The notes beneath the pieces are model-generated. The model saw only the letters and a list, made by a program, of their open reading frames with translations. It was not told the origin of the DNA and did no database searches. Positions 1 through 10,432 of a stretch of DNA of 63,181 nucleotides are shown piece after piece. The translations under genes and the position numbers were made by a program. The stretch spans positions 1 to 63,181 of the forward strand of contig QZJQ01000037.1 in assembly GCA_003599795.1 (NCBI GenBank), written 5' to 3'. This DNA comes from Nitrospiraceae bacterium (GTDB lineage: Bacteria; Nitrospirota; Thermodesulfovibrionia; Thermodesulfovibrionales; UBA1546). Position 1 is the stretch's first letter. Every line of letters starts with the position of its first letter.

Positions 1-103
1 AGAGATGATAGCTCCGATAGCAATGGAGAAGGAACTGAGGTTTGCCATAAGAGAGGGCGGCCGCACAGTGGGAGCAGGAGTTGTGACTGAGGTAATAGCG
101 TGA
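1..103 (+). CDS. tuf: Elongation factor Tu, C-terminal end (partial; gene starts upstream of window)
   Basis: Frame 2 reads ...[33 protein letters not shown] (TGA 101-103). This is a canonical EF-Tu C-terminus directly upstream of rpsJ. Confidence 0.9.
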   Translation, partial: EMIAPIAMEKELRFAIREGGRTVGAGVVTEVIA

Positions 104-134
104 AAGTTAAAAGTTTAATGTTGAAAGTGAAAAG
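103..134. repeat. AT-rich word array in the tuf-rpsJ spacer
   Basis: AAAGTTAAAAGTTTAATGTTGAAAGTGAAAAG. Confidence 0.8.
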
Positions 135-137
135 ATA

Positions 138-443
138 ATGAACCAGAAAATAAGAATAAAATTAAAAGCGTACGACCACAGGGTTCTTGATAATTCCGTT
201 AAGGAAATAGTTGACACTGCACAGAGGACAGGTGCAAGGATATCGGGGCCCATTCCTCTTCCTACGCGGATAAGCAAGTTTACTGTTTTAAGGTCGCCTC
301 ATGTGGACAAAAAGTCAAGGGAGCAGTTTGAGATAAGAACGCATAAAAGACTTATAGACATATATGACCCGACACCGCAGACAGTAGATGCATTGATGAA
401 GCTGGAACTGGCTGCAGGCGTTGATGTGGAGATAAAGCTGTGA
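138..443 (+). CDS. rpsJ: 30S ribosomal protein S10
   Basis: 101 aa, [18 protein letters not shown]... It is the first gene of the S10 operon after tuf. Confidence 0.97.
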   Translation: MNQKIRIKLKAYDHRVLDNSVKEIVDTAQRTGARISGPIPLPTRISKFTVLRSPHVDKKSREQFEIRTHKRLIDIYDPTPQTVDALMKLELAAGVDVEIKL

Positions 444-1054
444 TAGGTATTTTAGGCAAGAAATTAGGCATGACACAGATATTTGCTGAAGGCGGGAAGA
501 TTGTTCCCGTTACAGTGATAGAGGCAGGGCCTTGCTGTGTTGTTCAGATTAAGACTCTTGAAAAAGACGGATACGAAGCGGTTAAGGTCGGATTCAATGA
601 AATAAAAAAAGAGAAAAAGGTCAATAAGGCATTAAGCGGAGTATTTAAAAAAGCAGGTGTCAAGCCGTACAAAATGCTTAAGGAATTTCCTATGGGAGAC
701 CTTAAGGTCGGAGACCTTGTCACTGTTGAAAAGTTTAACAAGGGAGACAATGTTTCAGTAACAGGAGTCTCCAAGGGTAAGGGTTTTCAGGGTGTTATTA
801 AGAGGCATAAATTTGCAGGCGGGCCTGCTTCTCACGGCTCTATGTTCTACCGGGCGCCGGGCTCCATAGGAGCAAGTTCGTATCCTTCAAGGGTATGGAA
901 AAACCAGAGGATGCCGGGACATATGGGCTCCGAACGCGTAACGGCAAAAAATCTTACAGTAGTGGAAATCAAACCTGACCAGAATATTCTGATGATAAGA
1001 GGCGCAGTTCCCGGGGCCTCCGGCACCTATGTGATGATAAGGAAGGAAAGCTGA
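440..1054 (+). CDS. rplC: 50S ribosomal protein L3
   Basis: GTG start overlaps the rpsJ stop. [15 protein letters not shown] is an L3 N-terminus. Confidence 0.97.
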   Translation: MIGILGKKLGMTQIFAEGGKIVPVTVIEAGPCCVVQIKTLEKDGYEAVKVGFNEIKKEKKVNKALSGVFKKAGVKPYKMLKEFPMGDLKVGDLVTVEKFNKGDNVSVTGVSKGKGFQGVIKRHKFAGGPASHGSMFYRAPGSIGASSYPSRVWKNQRMPGHMGSERVTAKNLTVVEIKPDQNILMIRGAVPGASGTYVMIRKES

Positions 1055-1055
1055 T

Positions 1056-1685
1056 ATGCCTGAGATTGAGATAAAAGATATAAATAATAAAAAAGCGGGC
1101 AAGATTAATCTGCCCGAGGAAATCTTCGGACTTAAAGCAAACAGCGCTGTTATGCATGATTCCGTCATAAACTTCCTTGCCAATCAGAGGCAGGGGACTC
1201 ATGCCACAAAGACCAAAGGGCTGGTAAGCGGCGGAGGCAAGAAACCATGGAAGCAAAAGCATACAGGCAGGGCGCGTGCCGGCAGCAGCAGGTCTCCTCT
1301 GTGGAGGAGCGGCGGAACGGCATTCGGGCCGCAGCCAAGGGATTACTCTTACAGCATTCCCCGCAAGGCAAAAAATCTGGCATTGAAAAATGCGCTTTCC
1401 GCAAAACTTGCAGATGGAGAAATTACATTTATAAATGACCTTTCAATTAATAAGCCTTCAACAAAAGATATGGCGGCTATAATAAAAACCCTTGGGTTTG
1501 CGGGGCAAAGCGTGCTTATAGTGATACCTGAAAATAATAATAATATAAAGCTTTCAGCAAGAAATATTGCAGGCGTTCATGTGGCGTGCGCATCAGACCT
1601 GAATGCTTACGCAGTAATTGCTCATGACAGGCTGCTTATTACAAAGGGAGCAGTTGCAGGGATTAAGGGGGCTGAGACAGCATGA
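1056..1685 (+). CDS. rplD: 50S ribosomal protein L4
   Basis: 209 aa with KPWKQKHTGRARAGS motif; operon order fits. Confidence 0.95.
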   Translation: MPEIEIKDINNKKAGKINLPEEIFGLKANSAVMHDSVINFLANQRQGTHATKTKGLVSGGGKKPWKQKHTGRARAGSSRSPLWRSGGTAFGPQPRDYSYSIPRKAKNLALKNALSAKLADGEITFINDLSINKPSTKDMAAIIKTLGFAGQSVLIVIPENNNNIKLSARNIAGVHVACASDLNAYAVIAHDRLLITKGAVAGIKGAETA

Positions 1686-1972
1686 TAAGCCTTTATTCTG
1701 TTATTAAAAAACCGCTTTTCACTGAAAAGGGCAGCAATCTTAAGGAGTCACAAAATAAGATTCTTGTTGAGGTTGCAAAGGATGCAAATAAACTTGAGGT
1801 GAGGAAGGCTGTAGAGGAGATTTTTAAGGTTAAGGTAGAGAAGGTTGCCACTATAAATACCGCGGGAAAAATTAAGCGGCACGGCAAATCAATCGGCAGA
1901 AGGTCTGACAGGAAAAAGGCAGTAGTTACCCTTAAAAAGGGTGAAAAACTTGATTTTATAGAGGGTTCATAA
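1682..1972 (+). CDS. rplW: 50S ribosomal protein L23
   Basis: 96 aa; 4-nt overlap with rplD; position between L4 and L2. Confidence 0.93.
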   Translation: MISLYSVIKKPLFTEKGSNLKESQNKILVEVAKDANKLEVRKAVEEIFKVKVEKVATINTAGKIKRHGKSIGRRSDRKKAVVTLKKGEKLDFIEGS

Positions 1973-2790
1973 TGGGAATAAAAAAATATAATCCGACTTC
2001 ACCCGGCAGAAGATTTCAGACAGTTTCTGATTTCAGCGAATTAACTGCGGGCAAGCCGTACGAGCCGCTGGTCAGGTCTTTAAGAAAGACGGGCGGCAGA
2101 AATAACACCGGCCGCGTGACTGTATGGCAGAGGGGCGGAGGAAATAAAAGGGCGTACAGGCTGATTGATTTCAAAAGGGACAAGTCAGGCGTTCCGGCAA
2201 TTGTTGAAACCATTGAATATGATCCAAACAGGTCGGCAAGGATTGCTTTGCTTAAATACAGAGACGGCGACAGAAGATACATCATTGCTCCTGTTTCGCT
2301 TCAGGTAGGAGACGAAGTGGTTTCAGGCAAGGGAGCTGAGATTAAGGTAGGCAATGCACTGCCTTTAAGCGATATACCGCTGGGTTCGTTCATGCATAAT
2401 GTTGAGATCAGGGCAGGACAGGGAGCAAGGCTTGCGCGGAGCGCAGGAGCATCTGTTCAGCTTGTTGCAAAGGATGAAAAATACGCGCAGGTAAGACTTT
2501 CTTCAGGCGAAGTCAGGCTTATCCCTTCAGAGTGCATGGCAACAATCGGACAGGTCAGCAATGTTGAGCATGAGAACATCTCTTACGGCAAGGCAGGCAG
2601 GATAAGATGGTTTGGTAAAAGGCCTAATGTAAGGGGCGTTGCAATGAACCCGATAGACCATCCGCTGGGCGGCGGAGAAGGAAGAAGCTCGGGCGGCAGG
2701 CCTCCGTGCTCGCCATGGGGCAAGCCTGAAGGCGTCAAGACAAGGCATAATAAGAGAACAAATAAGTTTATTGTGAAGAGGAGGAAATAA
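1972..2790 (+). CDS. rplB: 50S ribosomal protein L2
   Basis: 272 aa with the [14 protein letters not shown] motif typical of L2. Confidence 0.97.
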   Translation: MGIKKYNPTSPGRRFQTVSDFSELTAGKPYEPLVRSLRKTGGRNNTGRVTVWQRGGGNKRAYRLIDFKRDKSGVPAIVETIEYDPNRSARIALLKYRDGDRRYIIAPVSLQVGDEVVSGKGAEIKVGNALPLSDIPLGSFMHNVEIRAGQGARLARSAGASVQLVAKDEKYAQVRLSSGEVRLIPSECMATIGQVSNVEHENISYGKAGRIRWFGKRPNVRGVAMNPIDHPLGGGEGRSSGGRPPCSPWGKPEGVKTRHNKRTNKFIVKRRK

Positions 2791-2791
2791 A

Positions 2792-3076
2792 TTGCCGCGT
2801 TCATTAAAAAAAGGGCCGTTTGTTGATGAGAAGCTGATGAAAAAAGTCAGGACTATGATGGAAAGCGGAGATAAGAAGATTATAAAAACATGGTCAAGGC
2901 GTTCTACGGTAGTGCCTGACTTTATAGGATATACATTTGCCGTTCATAACGGCAAGAAATTCATACCTGTTTATGTGACTGAAAATATGGTGGGGCATAA
3001 GCTTGGCGAGTTTTCGCCAACGCGCACTTTCAAAGGGCATTCAAAGTCTGAAAAGGCAGCGCCCGCTAAGGCATAG
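2792..3076 (+). CDS. rpsS: 30S ribosomal protein S19
   Basis: TTG start; [13 protein letters not shown]-terminus. Confidence 0.97.
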   Translation: MPRSLKKGPFVDEKLMKKVRTMMESGDKKIIKTWSRRSTVVPDFIGYTFAVHNGKKFIPVYVTENMVGHKLGEFSPTRTFKGHSKSEKAAPAKA

Positions 3077-3093
3077 GGAGAAAAAAGGTTAAT

Positions 3094-3432
3094 ATGGAAG
3101 CAAAGGCAATATTAAAGTTTGCAAGGGTAACTCCGAGAAAAGTTCGCAGGGTTGTGGACCTTATCAAGGGGAAAAAGGCTGGAGACGCGCTAATTGCCCT
3201 GAGGTTTATGCCTTACAGGGGCGCGGATATAGTGGAGAAGATTTTAAAGTCTGCCATGGCAAATGCAGAGCAGAAGAAGGCTGTTAATCCTGAGGAGATG
3301 AGCGTTAAGGCATTTGTAAATCAAGGGCCTTCATTGAAGAGGGTTGAGCAAAGGTCAATGGGAAGGGCGAATATTATCAGGAAAAGAATGAGCCATATAA
3401 CGATCCTCTTATCAGAGGAGAATTCAAAATGA
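3094..3432 (+). CDS. rplV: 50S ribosomal protein L22
   Basis: 112 aa, MEAKAILKFARVTPRKVRRVVDLIKGK. Confidence 0.95.
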   Translation: MEAKAILKFARVTPRKVRRVVDLIKGKKAGDALIALRFMPYRGADIVEKILKSAMANAEQKKAVNPEEMSVKAFVNQGPSLKRVEQRSMGRANIIRKRMSHITILLSEENSK

Positions 3433-3473
3433 AAAATGCAAAGTTAAAACTTGCATTCCGTAGGGGGTAAATT

Positions 3474-4121
3474 TTGGGCCAGAAGACGCATCCGATAGGA
3501 ATCAGGCTTGGGATAACGAGAACGTGGGATTCGCGTTGGTACACTAAGCGTGGATATGCTGATCAGTTAAATGAAGATATCTCCATAAGAAAGGTGATCA
3601 AGGACAAGTTGTTCCACGCAGGCGTTTCACGTGTTGAGATTGAAAGGGCAGGACAGAAGGCAAGGATAATTATTCACACGGCAAGGCCCGGAATTATTAT
3701 AGGGAAAAAAGGCGCTGAGGTTGAGAAGCTCAGGAAAGATCTTGAAGTGATGACAGGAAAGCAGGTTGCTATAGATATAAAGGAAGTAAGAAAGCCTGAG
3801 GTTGACGCACAGCTTGTTGCGGAGAATGTAGCTCTTCAGCTTGAAAAAAGAATTGCGTTCAGAAGGGCAATGAAAAAGGCAGTTATCTCGGCTCAGAGAT
3901 TCGGGGCTCTTGGCGTTAAGGTGGCATGTAACGGCCGTCTCGCAGGCGCTGAAATCGCAAGAAGCGAGTGGTATAGGGAAGGCAGGGTTCCCCTTCACAC
4001 CTTCAGGGCTGACATAGATTATGGATTTTCAGAGGCAAAGACAACTTACGGGAAAATAGGAGTTAAGGTTTGGATATATAACGGAGAGGTGCTTCCGGAA
4101 GTGCATAAGGGGGTAGAGTAA
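3474..4121 (+). CDS. rpsC: 30S ribosomal protein S3
   Basis: TTG start; [13 protein letters not shown]; KH-domain S3. Confidence 0.97.
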   Translation: MGQKTHPIGIRLGITRTWDSRWYTKRGYADQLNEDISIRKVIKDKLFHAGVSRVEIERAGQKARIIIHTARPGIIIGKKGAEVEKLRKDLEVMTGKQVAIDIKEVRKPEVDAQLVAENVALQLEKRIAFRRAMKKAVISAQRFGALGVKVACNGRLAGAEIARSEWYREGRVPLHTFRADIDYGFSEAKTTYGKIGVKVWIYNGEVLPEVHKGVE

Positions 4122-4124
4122 GCA

Positions 4125-4544
4125 ATGCTGATGCCGAAGAAAGTCAAATTCAGAAAGATGCAGAAAGGCAACATGAACGGCAAGGCATACACCGGAGCCA
4201 AAGTTTCTTTCGGAGAATTCGGGCTTAAGGCCATGGAGCCGGGCTGGGTGTCAAGCAGGCAGATTGAGGCGGCAAGGATAGCAATAACAAGACACGCCAA
4301 GAGGGGCTGTAAGCTATGGATAAGAATATTTCCTGATAAGCCTATAACTAAAAAACCCGCAGAAACAAGAATGGGTAAGGGGAAAGGGAATCCGGAATAC
4401 TGGGTTGCTGTTGTCAGGCCGGGCAGAGTTCTGTATGAAGTTGCCGGCGTTACAGAGGAGATAGCGAAGGAAGCGTTTAGCCTCGCGTCTTATAAGCTTC
4501 CGATTGCTACAAGGTTTGTAAAGAGGGGGGAGACAGTAGCATGA
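4125..4544 (+). CDS. rplP: 50S ribosomal protein L16
   Basis: [15 protein letters not shown]...; 139 aa. Confidence 0.97.
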   Translation: MLMPKKVKFRKMQKGNMNGKAYTGAKVSFGEFGLKAMEPGWVSSRQIEAARIAITRHAKRGCKLWIRIFPDKPITKKPAETRMGKGKGNPEYWVAVVRPGRVLYEVAGVTEEIAKEAFSLASYKLPIATRFVKRGETVA

Positions 4545-4768
4545 AACCCTCAGAATTAAGGGCGTTGACAGTTGAAGAATTAAAACAAAAGGAGCAGGAT
4601 GTCAGAAAAGAGCTTTTTAACCTGAAGTTCAGGCTTGCCACAGGTGAAGTAGAAAATCCTAAGCGTATAAATGCGCTTAGAAAAGATATAGCCAAGATAC
4701 TGACAATAACAACTGAGAAGTTATCAGCCTCGGCTGATTCGCCTGAGGCGAAAAAAGTTAAAAGTTAA
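4541..4768 (+). CDS. rpmC: 50S ribosomal protein L29 with repeat-encoded C-terminal tail
   Basis: L29 core [18 protein letters not shown]... The last ~14 aa ([15 protein letters not shown]) are encoded by two GC hairpins plus AAAGTTA words. Confidence 0.9.
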   Translation: MKPSELRALTVEELKQKEQDVRKELFNLKFRLATGEVENPKRINALRKDIAKILTITTEKLSASADSPEAKKVKS

Positions 4769-4772
4769 AAAA
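4722..4772. repeat. Two GC mini-hairpins plus AAAGTTA words forming the rpmC 3' end
   Basis: ATCAGCC-tc-GGCTGAT; TCGCC-TGA-GGCGA; AAAAAGTTAAAAGTTAAAAAAG. Confidence 0.88.
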
Positions 4773-4782
4773 GAGGTTCAGG

Positions 4783-5025
4783 ATGGCAGAAAAAACTTAT
4801 ACAGGCAAAGTCGTTAGCGATAAGATGGACAAAACCGTTGTGGTTACTGTTACAAGGCATGTTCAGCACCCTGAATATAAAAAGGTGATTAAGAAGATAA
4901 CCAGGTTTAAAGCCCATGACGAAGAAAACAAGTGCAAGGTGGGAGATACGGTTTCTGTAACTGAGACACGGCCGCGCAGCAAAGATAAAAGGTGGACCGT
5001 TTTAAGCATACTTGAAAAGGCATAA
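4783..5025 (+). CDS. rpsQ: 30S ribosomal protein S17
   Basis: 80 aa, GKVVSDKMDKTVVV... Confidence 0.95.
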   Translation: MAEKTYTGKVVSDKMDKTVVVTVTRHVQHPEYKKVIKKITRFKAHDEENKCKVGDTVSVTETRPRSKDKRWTVLSILEKA

Positions 5026-5038
5026 GGAGCAATAGGGA

Positions 5039-5407
5039 ATGATTCAGGACAGGAGCATACTGGAAGTAGCGGACAATTCAGGCGCCAAGAGAGCCAGGTG
5101 CATAAAAGTGCTTGGCGGCATGCGCAGGAGATATGCGCGGCTCGGAGATGTAATAGTCGTCAGCGTTCAGGAAGCCATACCTGAATCCAATGTCAAAAAA
5201 GGCGCAAAGGCAAGGGCTGTTGTTGTAAGGACAAAAAAGGAACAGAGGAGATCCGACGGTTCATACATAAGGTTTGACCAGAACGCCGTAGTTCTGATAA
5301 ATCCGCAGGGAGAGCCTGTAGGCACAAGGATATTCGGGCCTGTCGCGAGAGAACTTAGGTGGAAAGAGTTTATGAAGATAATATCGCTGGCGCCGGAGGT
5401 ACTGTAA
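5039..5407 (+). CDS. rplN: 50S ribosomal protein L14
   Basis: [17 protein letters not shown]...; 122 aa. Confidence 0.97.
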   Translation: MIQDRSILEVADNSGAKRARCIKVLGGMRRRYARLGDVIVVSVQEAIPESNVKKGAKARAVVVRTKKEQRRSDGSYIRFDQNAVVLINPQGEPVGTRIFGPVARELRWKEFMKIISLAPEVL

Positions 5408-5410
5408 ATA

Positions 5411-5731
5411 ATGGGATTCAATATTAAGAAGAACGATACGGTTTTAGTTATAACCGGCAAGGAAAAGGGCAAGAAAGGGCGCGTACTTTCAGTTATGCCT
5501 TCTAAAGATGAGCTTTTAATAGAGAGGGTAAACATTATTAAAAAACATATGAAACCGAACAAGAAGTATACACAGGGCGGGATTATAGAGAAAGAGTCTC
5601 CGCTTCAGAGATCTAATGTTATGCTTGTCTGCCCCAGGTGCAGTAAACCTGCGAGGATTGCAAGCGCGGTTTTTGGAGACGGAAAAAAAACACGGGTGTG
5701 TAAAAAATGCAAAGAAGCGATAGACCAGTAA
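5411..5731 (+). CDS. rplX: 50S ribosomal protein L24
   Basis: 106 aa; KOW-like N-terminus; position between L14 and L5. Confidence 0.93.
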   Translation: MGFNIKKNDTVLVITGKEKGKKGRVLSVMPSKDELLIERVNIIKKHMKPNKKYTQGGIIEKESPLQRSNVMLVCPRCSKPARIASAVFGDGKKTRVCKKCKEAIDQ

Positions 5732-6306
5732 AGATTCCAAGATTAAAGGCGAAATATTCAAAAGAGATAATTCCATCTCTGAAGAAGGAGTTTGCATACA
5801 AGAACGTTATGCAGGTTCCGAAAGTTGAGAAGGTAGTTCTTAATGTGGGGCTTGGCGAGGCAATCCAGAACATTAAATTGCTTGAGGCAGCTCAGAAAGA
5901 GCTTGGCATTATTACGGGGCAAAAGGCAGTTATCACTAAGGCTAAGAAGTCAATTGCTACCTTTAAGCTCAGGCAGGGCATGCCCATAGGATGTAAGGTT
6001 ACGTTAAGGGGCAATATTATGTATGAATTTCTTGACAGGTTCATAAACCTTGCGCTGCCGAGGGTCAGGGATTTTAAAGGTGTTTCGGCAAAGTCTTTTG
6101 ACGGAAAAGGCAACTACTCGGTTGGAATAAAAGAGCAGTTTATCTTTCCTGAGATACAATATGATAAGGTTGAATCCGTGCACGGGCTTGATATTACAAT
6201 ATGCACCACCGCGAAAACAAATAAGGAAAGCAGGGCCTTGCTGGCTCATATGGGAATGCCGTTCAGGAAAGAAAAAGTAAAAAGCGAAGTCGGGAAGAAG
6301 GAGTAA
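5707..6306 (+). CDS. rplE: 50S ribosomal protein L5
   Basis: [38 protein letters not shown] 5707 overlaps rplX by 25 nt, so the start is uncertain. Confidence 0.93.
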   Translation: MQRSDRPVKIPRLKAKYSKEIIPSLKKEFAYKNVMQVPKVEKVVLNVGLGEAIQNIKLLEAAQKELGIITGQKAVITKAKKSIATFKLRQGMPIGCKVTLRGNIMYEFLDRFINLALPRVRDFKGVSAKSFDGKGNYSVGIKEQFIFPEIQYDKVESVHGLDITICTTAKTNKESRALLAHMGMPFRKEKVKSEVGKKE

Positions 6307-6309
6307 CTG

Positions 6310-6495
6310 ATGGCTAAGACGTGTATGATGGAAAAGGTGAAAAAGGCGCCTAAATTTAAAGTAAGGGCATATAACAGGTGCAGAATCTGCGGCCGGCCGA
6401 GGGCATTTATGAGAGATTTCGGAATATGCAGGATATGTTTCAGAAATCTTGCCCTTAAAGGGCAGTTGCCCGGCGTAACAAAATCAAGCTGGTAA
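6310..6495 (+). CDS. rpsN: 30S ribosomal protein S14, zinc-binding type Z
   Basis: 61 aa with CRICGRP...CRIC zinc ribbon. Confidence 0.93.
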   Translation: MAKTCMMEKVKKAPKFKVRAYNRCRICGRPRAFMRDFGICRICFRNLALKGQLPGVTKSSW

Positions 6496-6506
6496 AGAGG
6501 TGACAA

Positions 6507-6899
6507 ATGATAACTGATCCAATAGCAGACATGCTTACGCGCATTAGAAATGCGATTACTATCCGCGCGGAAAAAGTTGATATTCCCGCTTCAAAACTTA
6601 AGCTTGAAATAGTGAAGATTCTTAAGGAAGAGGGTTTCATAAAAGCATATAAAATCTTAAAAGATGACAAGCAGGGCATTTTGAGGATTACGCTTAAATA
6701 CGTTGACGGCAATAATGTCGTATCAGGGCTGAAAAGAATAAGCAAGCCCGGACGCAGGGTTTATGTCAGCGGTAAGAAGATACCGAGGGTAATGGGAGGC
6801 GTGGGCATGGCTGTGCTGACAACGCCCAAGGGTGTCGCGAGTGACAGCACTTGCCGGCGTGAAGGTGTCGGCGGCGAGATTCTTTGTTATGTGTGGTAA
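6507..6899 (+). CDS. rpsH: 30S ribosomal protein S8
   Basis: MITDPIADMLTRIRNA... ending GGEILCYVW. Confidence 0.96.
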   Translation: MITDPIADMLTRIRNAITIRAEKVDIPASKLKLEIVKILKEEGFIKAYKILKDDKQGILRITLKYVDGNNVVSGLKRISKPGRRVYVSGKKIPRVMGGVGMAVLTTPKGVASDSTCRREGVGGEILCYVW

Positions 6900-6983
6900 A
6901 AATAAATTTAAAATGCAAAATGCAAAGTTAAAAATTAATGAATTCCATATCTTTGAATTTTTAATTTTAAACTTTAAATTTTC
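6900..6983. repeat. AT-rich inverted word arrays in the rpsH-rplF spacer
   Basis: AAAATGCAAAATGCAAAGTTAAAAATTAATGAATTC...GAATTTTTAATTTTAAACTTTAAATTTTC. Confidence 0.85.
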
Positions 6984-6995
6984 ACGGAGTGAATT

Positions 6996-7538
6996 ATGTC
7001 GCGGATAGGGAAAAAACCGATAGATATACCAAAAGGTGTAGATGTAAAAATTGAGGGGGCAGCTTTGAGCGTCAAAGGGCCTAAAGGCGAGCTTTCGTCC
7101 GGATTCCCCGCCGGAGTGCAGATTGAGGTTAAAGAAGGGAAGGTTGTTGTTGGAAGAACAGAGGAAACCAAGAACGTTAGGGCATTGCACGGGCTTGTAA
7201 GAAATCTTATAGCAAATATGGTATCAGGAGTCTCATCAGGTTACCAGAGAGTGCTTGAAATTACCGGCACGGGTTATAGGGCTCAGGTTCAGGGCAATAA
7301 GCTTGTGCTGGCGCTTGGATACTCTCATCCTGTAGAATTCATTCTGCCTTCCGGCATTAAGGCTGCCGTAGATCAGAAGCAGACGCAGATTACATTGACA
7401 GGCATTGACAAACAGCAGATGGGACAGATTGCAGCAGACTTAAGGGCGCTGAGGTCTCCTGATATCTATAAAGGCAAAGGGGTAAGATACGCGGGTCAGA
7501 GATTAAAGCTCAAAGTAGGCAAGGCAGGGAAAAAGTAG
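6996..7538 (+). CDS. rplF: 50S ribosomal protein L6
   Basis: MSRIGKKPIDIPKGV...; 180 aa. Confidence 0.96.
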   Translation: MSRIGKKPIDIPKGVDVKIEGAALSVKGPKGELSSGFPAGVQIEVKEGKVVVGRTEETKNVRALHGLVRNLIANMVSGVSSGYQRVLEITGTGYRAQVQGNKLVLALGYSHPVEFILPSGIKAAVDQKQTQITLTGIDKQQMGQIAADLRALRSPDIYKGKGVRYAGQRLKLKVGKAGKK

Positions 7539-7570
7539 CTGTTAGCTATAGGCTATGAGCTCATAGCTAA
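7536..7570. repeat. Degenerate heptamer array containing an 18-nt perfect palindrome (rplF-rplR spacer)
   Basis: TAGCTGT TAGCTAT AGGCTAT GAGCTCA TAGCTAA. AGCTATGAGCTCATAGCT is palindromic. Confidence 0.85.
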
Positions 7571-7603
7571 AAACTAATTTTGGAGGATACGTTGGCAGCG
7601 GAA

Positions 7604-7960
7604 ATGAAAGACGCAAGAACAAGAAGGCACGAAAGAATAAGGAAAAAAGTTGCAGGCACAACTGATAGGCCGAGGCTTTCAGTTTACAGGAGCCTGTCAC
7701 ACATGTATGCCCAGATAATAGATGATTTTAAGGGCGGCACAATTGTTGCCGCATCAAGCATTGATAAAGAGCTGAAAGGCAAAGATAAGAAGTCAGGCAA
7801 GGGAAACATTGCAGCGGCAAAGCAAGTAGGCGAACTTATAGCAAAAAAGGCATTGAAAAAAGGAATAAAAAAGGTTGTTTTTGACAGGGGCGGCTATCTT
7901 TATCATGGCAGGGTCAAGGCATTGGCAGATGCCGCCAGAGAAAACGGGCTTGAGTTCTAA
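7604..7960 (+). CDS. rplR: 50S ribosomal protein L18
   Basis: [22 protein letters not shown]. The ORF is open from TTG 7580; ATG 7604 (or TTG 7592) is more likely given the GGAGGA at 7582-7587. Confidence 0.92.
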   Translation: MKDARTRRHERIRKKVAGTTDRPRLSVYRSLSHMYAQIIDDFKGGTIVAASSIDKELKGKDKKSGKGNIAAAKQVGELIAKKALKKGIKKVVFDRGGYLYHGRVKALADAARENGLEF

Positions 7961-7993
7961 CATGCGAAATACAAATATAAAAATCATGGGACT

Positions 7994-8034
7994 TATTGGC
8001 TGTCAGCTATTGGCTGAGAGCTATCAGCTATAAC
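7994..8034. repeat. Heptamer word array (rplR-rpsE spacer)
   Basis: TATTGGC TGTCAGC TATTGGC TGAGAGC TATCAGC TATAACA. Confidence 0.85.
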
Positions 8035-8041
8035 AGGGGGC

Positions 8042-8569
8042 ATGGTGAAAAGAATTGATCCGGATGGGCTGACTCTGAAAGATAAGGTTGTATTTATAAA
8101 CAGGGTTGCGAAGGTTGTGAAGGGCGGAAGAAGATTTTCTTTTGCTGCGCTGGTTGCTGTCGGAAACGGGGACGGCATAGTGGGCATAGGTAAAGGCAAG
8201 GCAAAGGAAGTTCCAGAGGCAATAAGAAAGGCCGTTGAACAGGCAAAGAAATCATTGGTTAAATTCCCCCTGAAAGATGGAACAATTCCCCATAGGATAA
8301 CAGGCAGATTCGGTTCCGGTTATATTGTTATGAATCCTGCAGTCAAGGGAACAGGGCTTATTGCAGGCGGCGCTGTAAGGGCGGTGCTGGATGTTGCCGG
8401 AATTCAGGATATTGTTGCCAAGGCAATCGGCAGCCATAATCCTTATAATACCGCAGAGGCTACAATTGACGGCTTGCTGAAGCTTAAAGATCCTGATTCG
8501 GTTCGCAAGTTGAGAGGAAGGACAGAGGAAGAAGCGCAGGAAACAAACTCGCCGCAGGCGAGTAAATAG
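8042..8569 (+). CDS. rpsE: 30S ribosomal protein S5 with short hairpin-encoded tail
   Basis: [10 protein letters not shown] motif. The C-terminal ..ETNSPQASK overlaps the hairpin ACTCGCC-GCA-GGCGAGT. Confidence 0.95.
   Translation: MVKRIDPDGLTLKDKVVFINRVAKVVKGGRRFSFAALVAVGNGDGIVGIGKGKAKEVPEAIRKAVEQAKKSLVKFPLKDGTIPHRITGRFGSGYIVMNPAVKGTGLIAGGAVRAVLDVAGIQDIVAKAIGSHNPYNTAEATIDGLLKLKDPDSVRKLRGRTEEEAQETNSPQASK
8547..8563. repeat. GC mini-hairpin at the rpsE 3' end
   Basis: ACTCGCC-GCA-GGCGAGT, encoding NSPQAS. Confidence 0.8.
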
Positions 8570-8581
8570 CGGAGGAGTTAA

Positions 8582-9022
8582 ATGAGGATAGAGGATTTAA
8601 AGCCCGCAGACGGCTGCAGAAAAAGAAATAAGAGGGTAGGCCGCGGAATAGGCTCCGGCCATGGCAAGACGTCATGCAAGGGGCATAAAGGGCAGAAAGC
8701 GCGCGCAGGCAGCGGAAAAGGCGCAGGTTTTGAAGGCGGACAGATGCCATTGCAGAGGAGAATCCCCAAGAGAGGGTTTAAAAATCATTTTGCTAAGGAA
8801 TACACAACAGTCAACCTGAAAGATATTGCAGGGATTGAGGGTATTGACGTTATCACGACTGAGGTTCTCTTTGAAATAGGGATGATAAAGAAAATAAGAG
8901 ACGGCATAAAGATTCTCGGTGATGGAGATCTGAAAAGGCCTATGACAATAAAGGCTGATTTTTTCAGCGAATCAGCTCTGGCAAAGATTGCTGCTGCAGG
9001 CGGCAAGGCAGAAAAAATCTAA
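8582..9022 (+). CDS. rplO: 50S ribosomal protein L15
   Basis: 146 aa, [11 protein letters not shown]. It follows rpsE after 12 nt, leaving no room for rpmD. Confidence 0.95.
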   Translation: MRIEDLKPADGCRKRNKRVGRGIGSGHGKTSCKGHKGQKARAGSGKGAGFEGGQMPLQRRIPKRGFKNHFAKEYTTVNLKDIAGIEGIDVITTEVLFEIGMIKKIRDGIKILGDGDLKRPMTIKADFFSESALAKIAAAGGKAEKI

Positions 9023-9024
9023 CA

Positions 9025-9120
9025 TAAAAATGCAAAATCATATAAGCCATATAAGGCCTGCCTGATATATGATAATCAAATTCATTAAATTTGCATTTAT
9101 AACTTTTAACTTTTAATTTC
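9025..9120. repeat. AT-rich inverted word arrays in the rplO-secY spacer
   Basis: AAAAATGCAAAATCATATAAGCCATATAAGG...ATTAAATTTGCATTTATAACTTTTAACTTTTAATTTC. Confidence 0.8.
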
Positions 9121-9124
9121 TACA

Positions 9125-10432
9125 ATGAGAATCCTTTCAAACTTACAGAATATCTTTAGAGTCCCTGAGTTAAAAAACAGGGTAATCTTTACGCTCTCGC
9201 TTCTTATTGTATACAGGATAGGAGGCCATATACCGACTCCGGGCATAAACGGCGAGGAGCTGAGTAAATTCCTTGCCGAAAGCGGCGCGGGCGCTCTCAT
9301 GGGGTTCTTTGATATGTTTTCAGGCGGAGCGCTTTCAAGGGTTACCATATTTGCCCTTGGGATTATGCCTTATATAAGCGCCTCAATTATTTTTCAGCTC
9401 CTGACAGTTGTTATCCCCGCAATCGGCAAGCTTGCCAAAGAAGGAGAAGCAGGCAGAAAGAAGATTACCAGATATACAAGATATGCAACAGTTGTTATAA
9501 GCGCAATCCAGTCATTAGGCATTGCCGTTGGACTTGAGAGCATGGCAGGCGGCGCTTTTATACAGAGCCCGGGCTGGTCATTCAGGCTGATGACAATGAT
9601 AACGCTTACATCAGGCACGGCGTTTATAATGTGGCTTGGGGAACAGATAACGGAAAGGGGAATAGGCAACGGTATATCGCTTATAATCTTTGCCGGAATT
9701 GTGGCAAGATTCCCTAACGCCGTAATAAGCACCTATCAATTGTTGAGAGCAGGAGAGCTTTCAATATTCCTTGTTATCTTTCTTGTTACGATGATGGTTG
9801 CCGTTATAGGCGTGATTATATTTATTGAAAGAGGGCAGAGAAAGATACCGGTTCAGTATGCAAAGCGGCTTGTCGGCCGCAAGATATACGGAGGCCAGAG
9901 CACTCACCTGCCTTTGAAGGTCAACACATCAGGCGTTATCCCGCCAATATTTGCGTCTTCAATAATAATGTTTCCTGCAACTATAGCAGGGTTTATAGCA
10001 ATCCCGTGGGTTCAGGGCGTTGCAAAGCAGCTTTCTCCGGGCACTATTCTTTATACAACTCTATATGTCGGCATGATATTTTTCTTTGCTTATTTTTACA
10101 CCGCAATCGTGTTTAACCCTGTGGATATAGCGGACAATCTGAAAAAATACGGGGGATATATCCCAGGCGTCAGGCCGGGCCAGAAGACATCGGAATACAT
10201 TTACAGGGTCATGTCAAGATTGACTTTTGTCGGCGCAGTGTACCTTGGAGTTGTGTGTATTATTCCCGAGATTCTTATAAGCAAGTTCAATGTGCCTTTT
10301 TATTTTGGAGGGACTTCTCTTCTGATTGTTGTAGGGGTTGCCCTTGACACAGTGTCTCAGATTGAGTCGCATCTCGTTACCCGCTCATATGAGGGCTTTT
10401 TAAAGAAGGGCAGGATAAAAGGCAGGAGGTAA
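9125..10432 (+). CDS. secY: Preprotein translocase subunit SecY
   Basis: 435 aa polytopic membrane protein; spc operon position. Confidence 0.97.
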   Translation: MRILSNLQNIFRVPELKNRVIFTLSLLIVYRIGGHIPTPGINGEELSKFLAESGAGALMGFFDMFSGGALSRVTIFALGIMPYISASIIFQLLTVVIPAIGKLAKEGEAGRKKITRYTRYATVVISAIQSLGIAVGLESMAGGAFIQSPGWSFRLMTMITLTSGTAFIMWLGEQITERGIGNGISLIIFAGIVARFPNAVISTYQLLRAGELSIFLVIFLVTMMVAVIGVIIFIERGQRKIPVQYAKRLVGRKIYGGQSTHLPLKVNTSGVIPPIFASSIIMFPATIAGFIAIPWVQGVAKQLSPGTILYTTLYVGMIFFFAYFYTAIVFNPVDIADNLKKYGGYIPGVRPGQKTSEYIYRVMSRLTFVGAVYLGVVCIIPEILISKFNVPFYFGGTSLLIVVGVALDTVSQIESHLVTRSYEGFLKKGRIKGRR

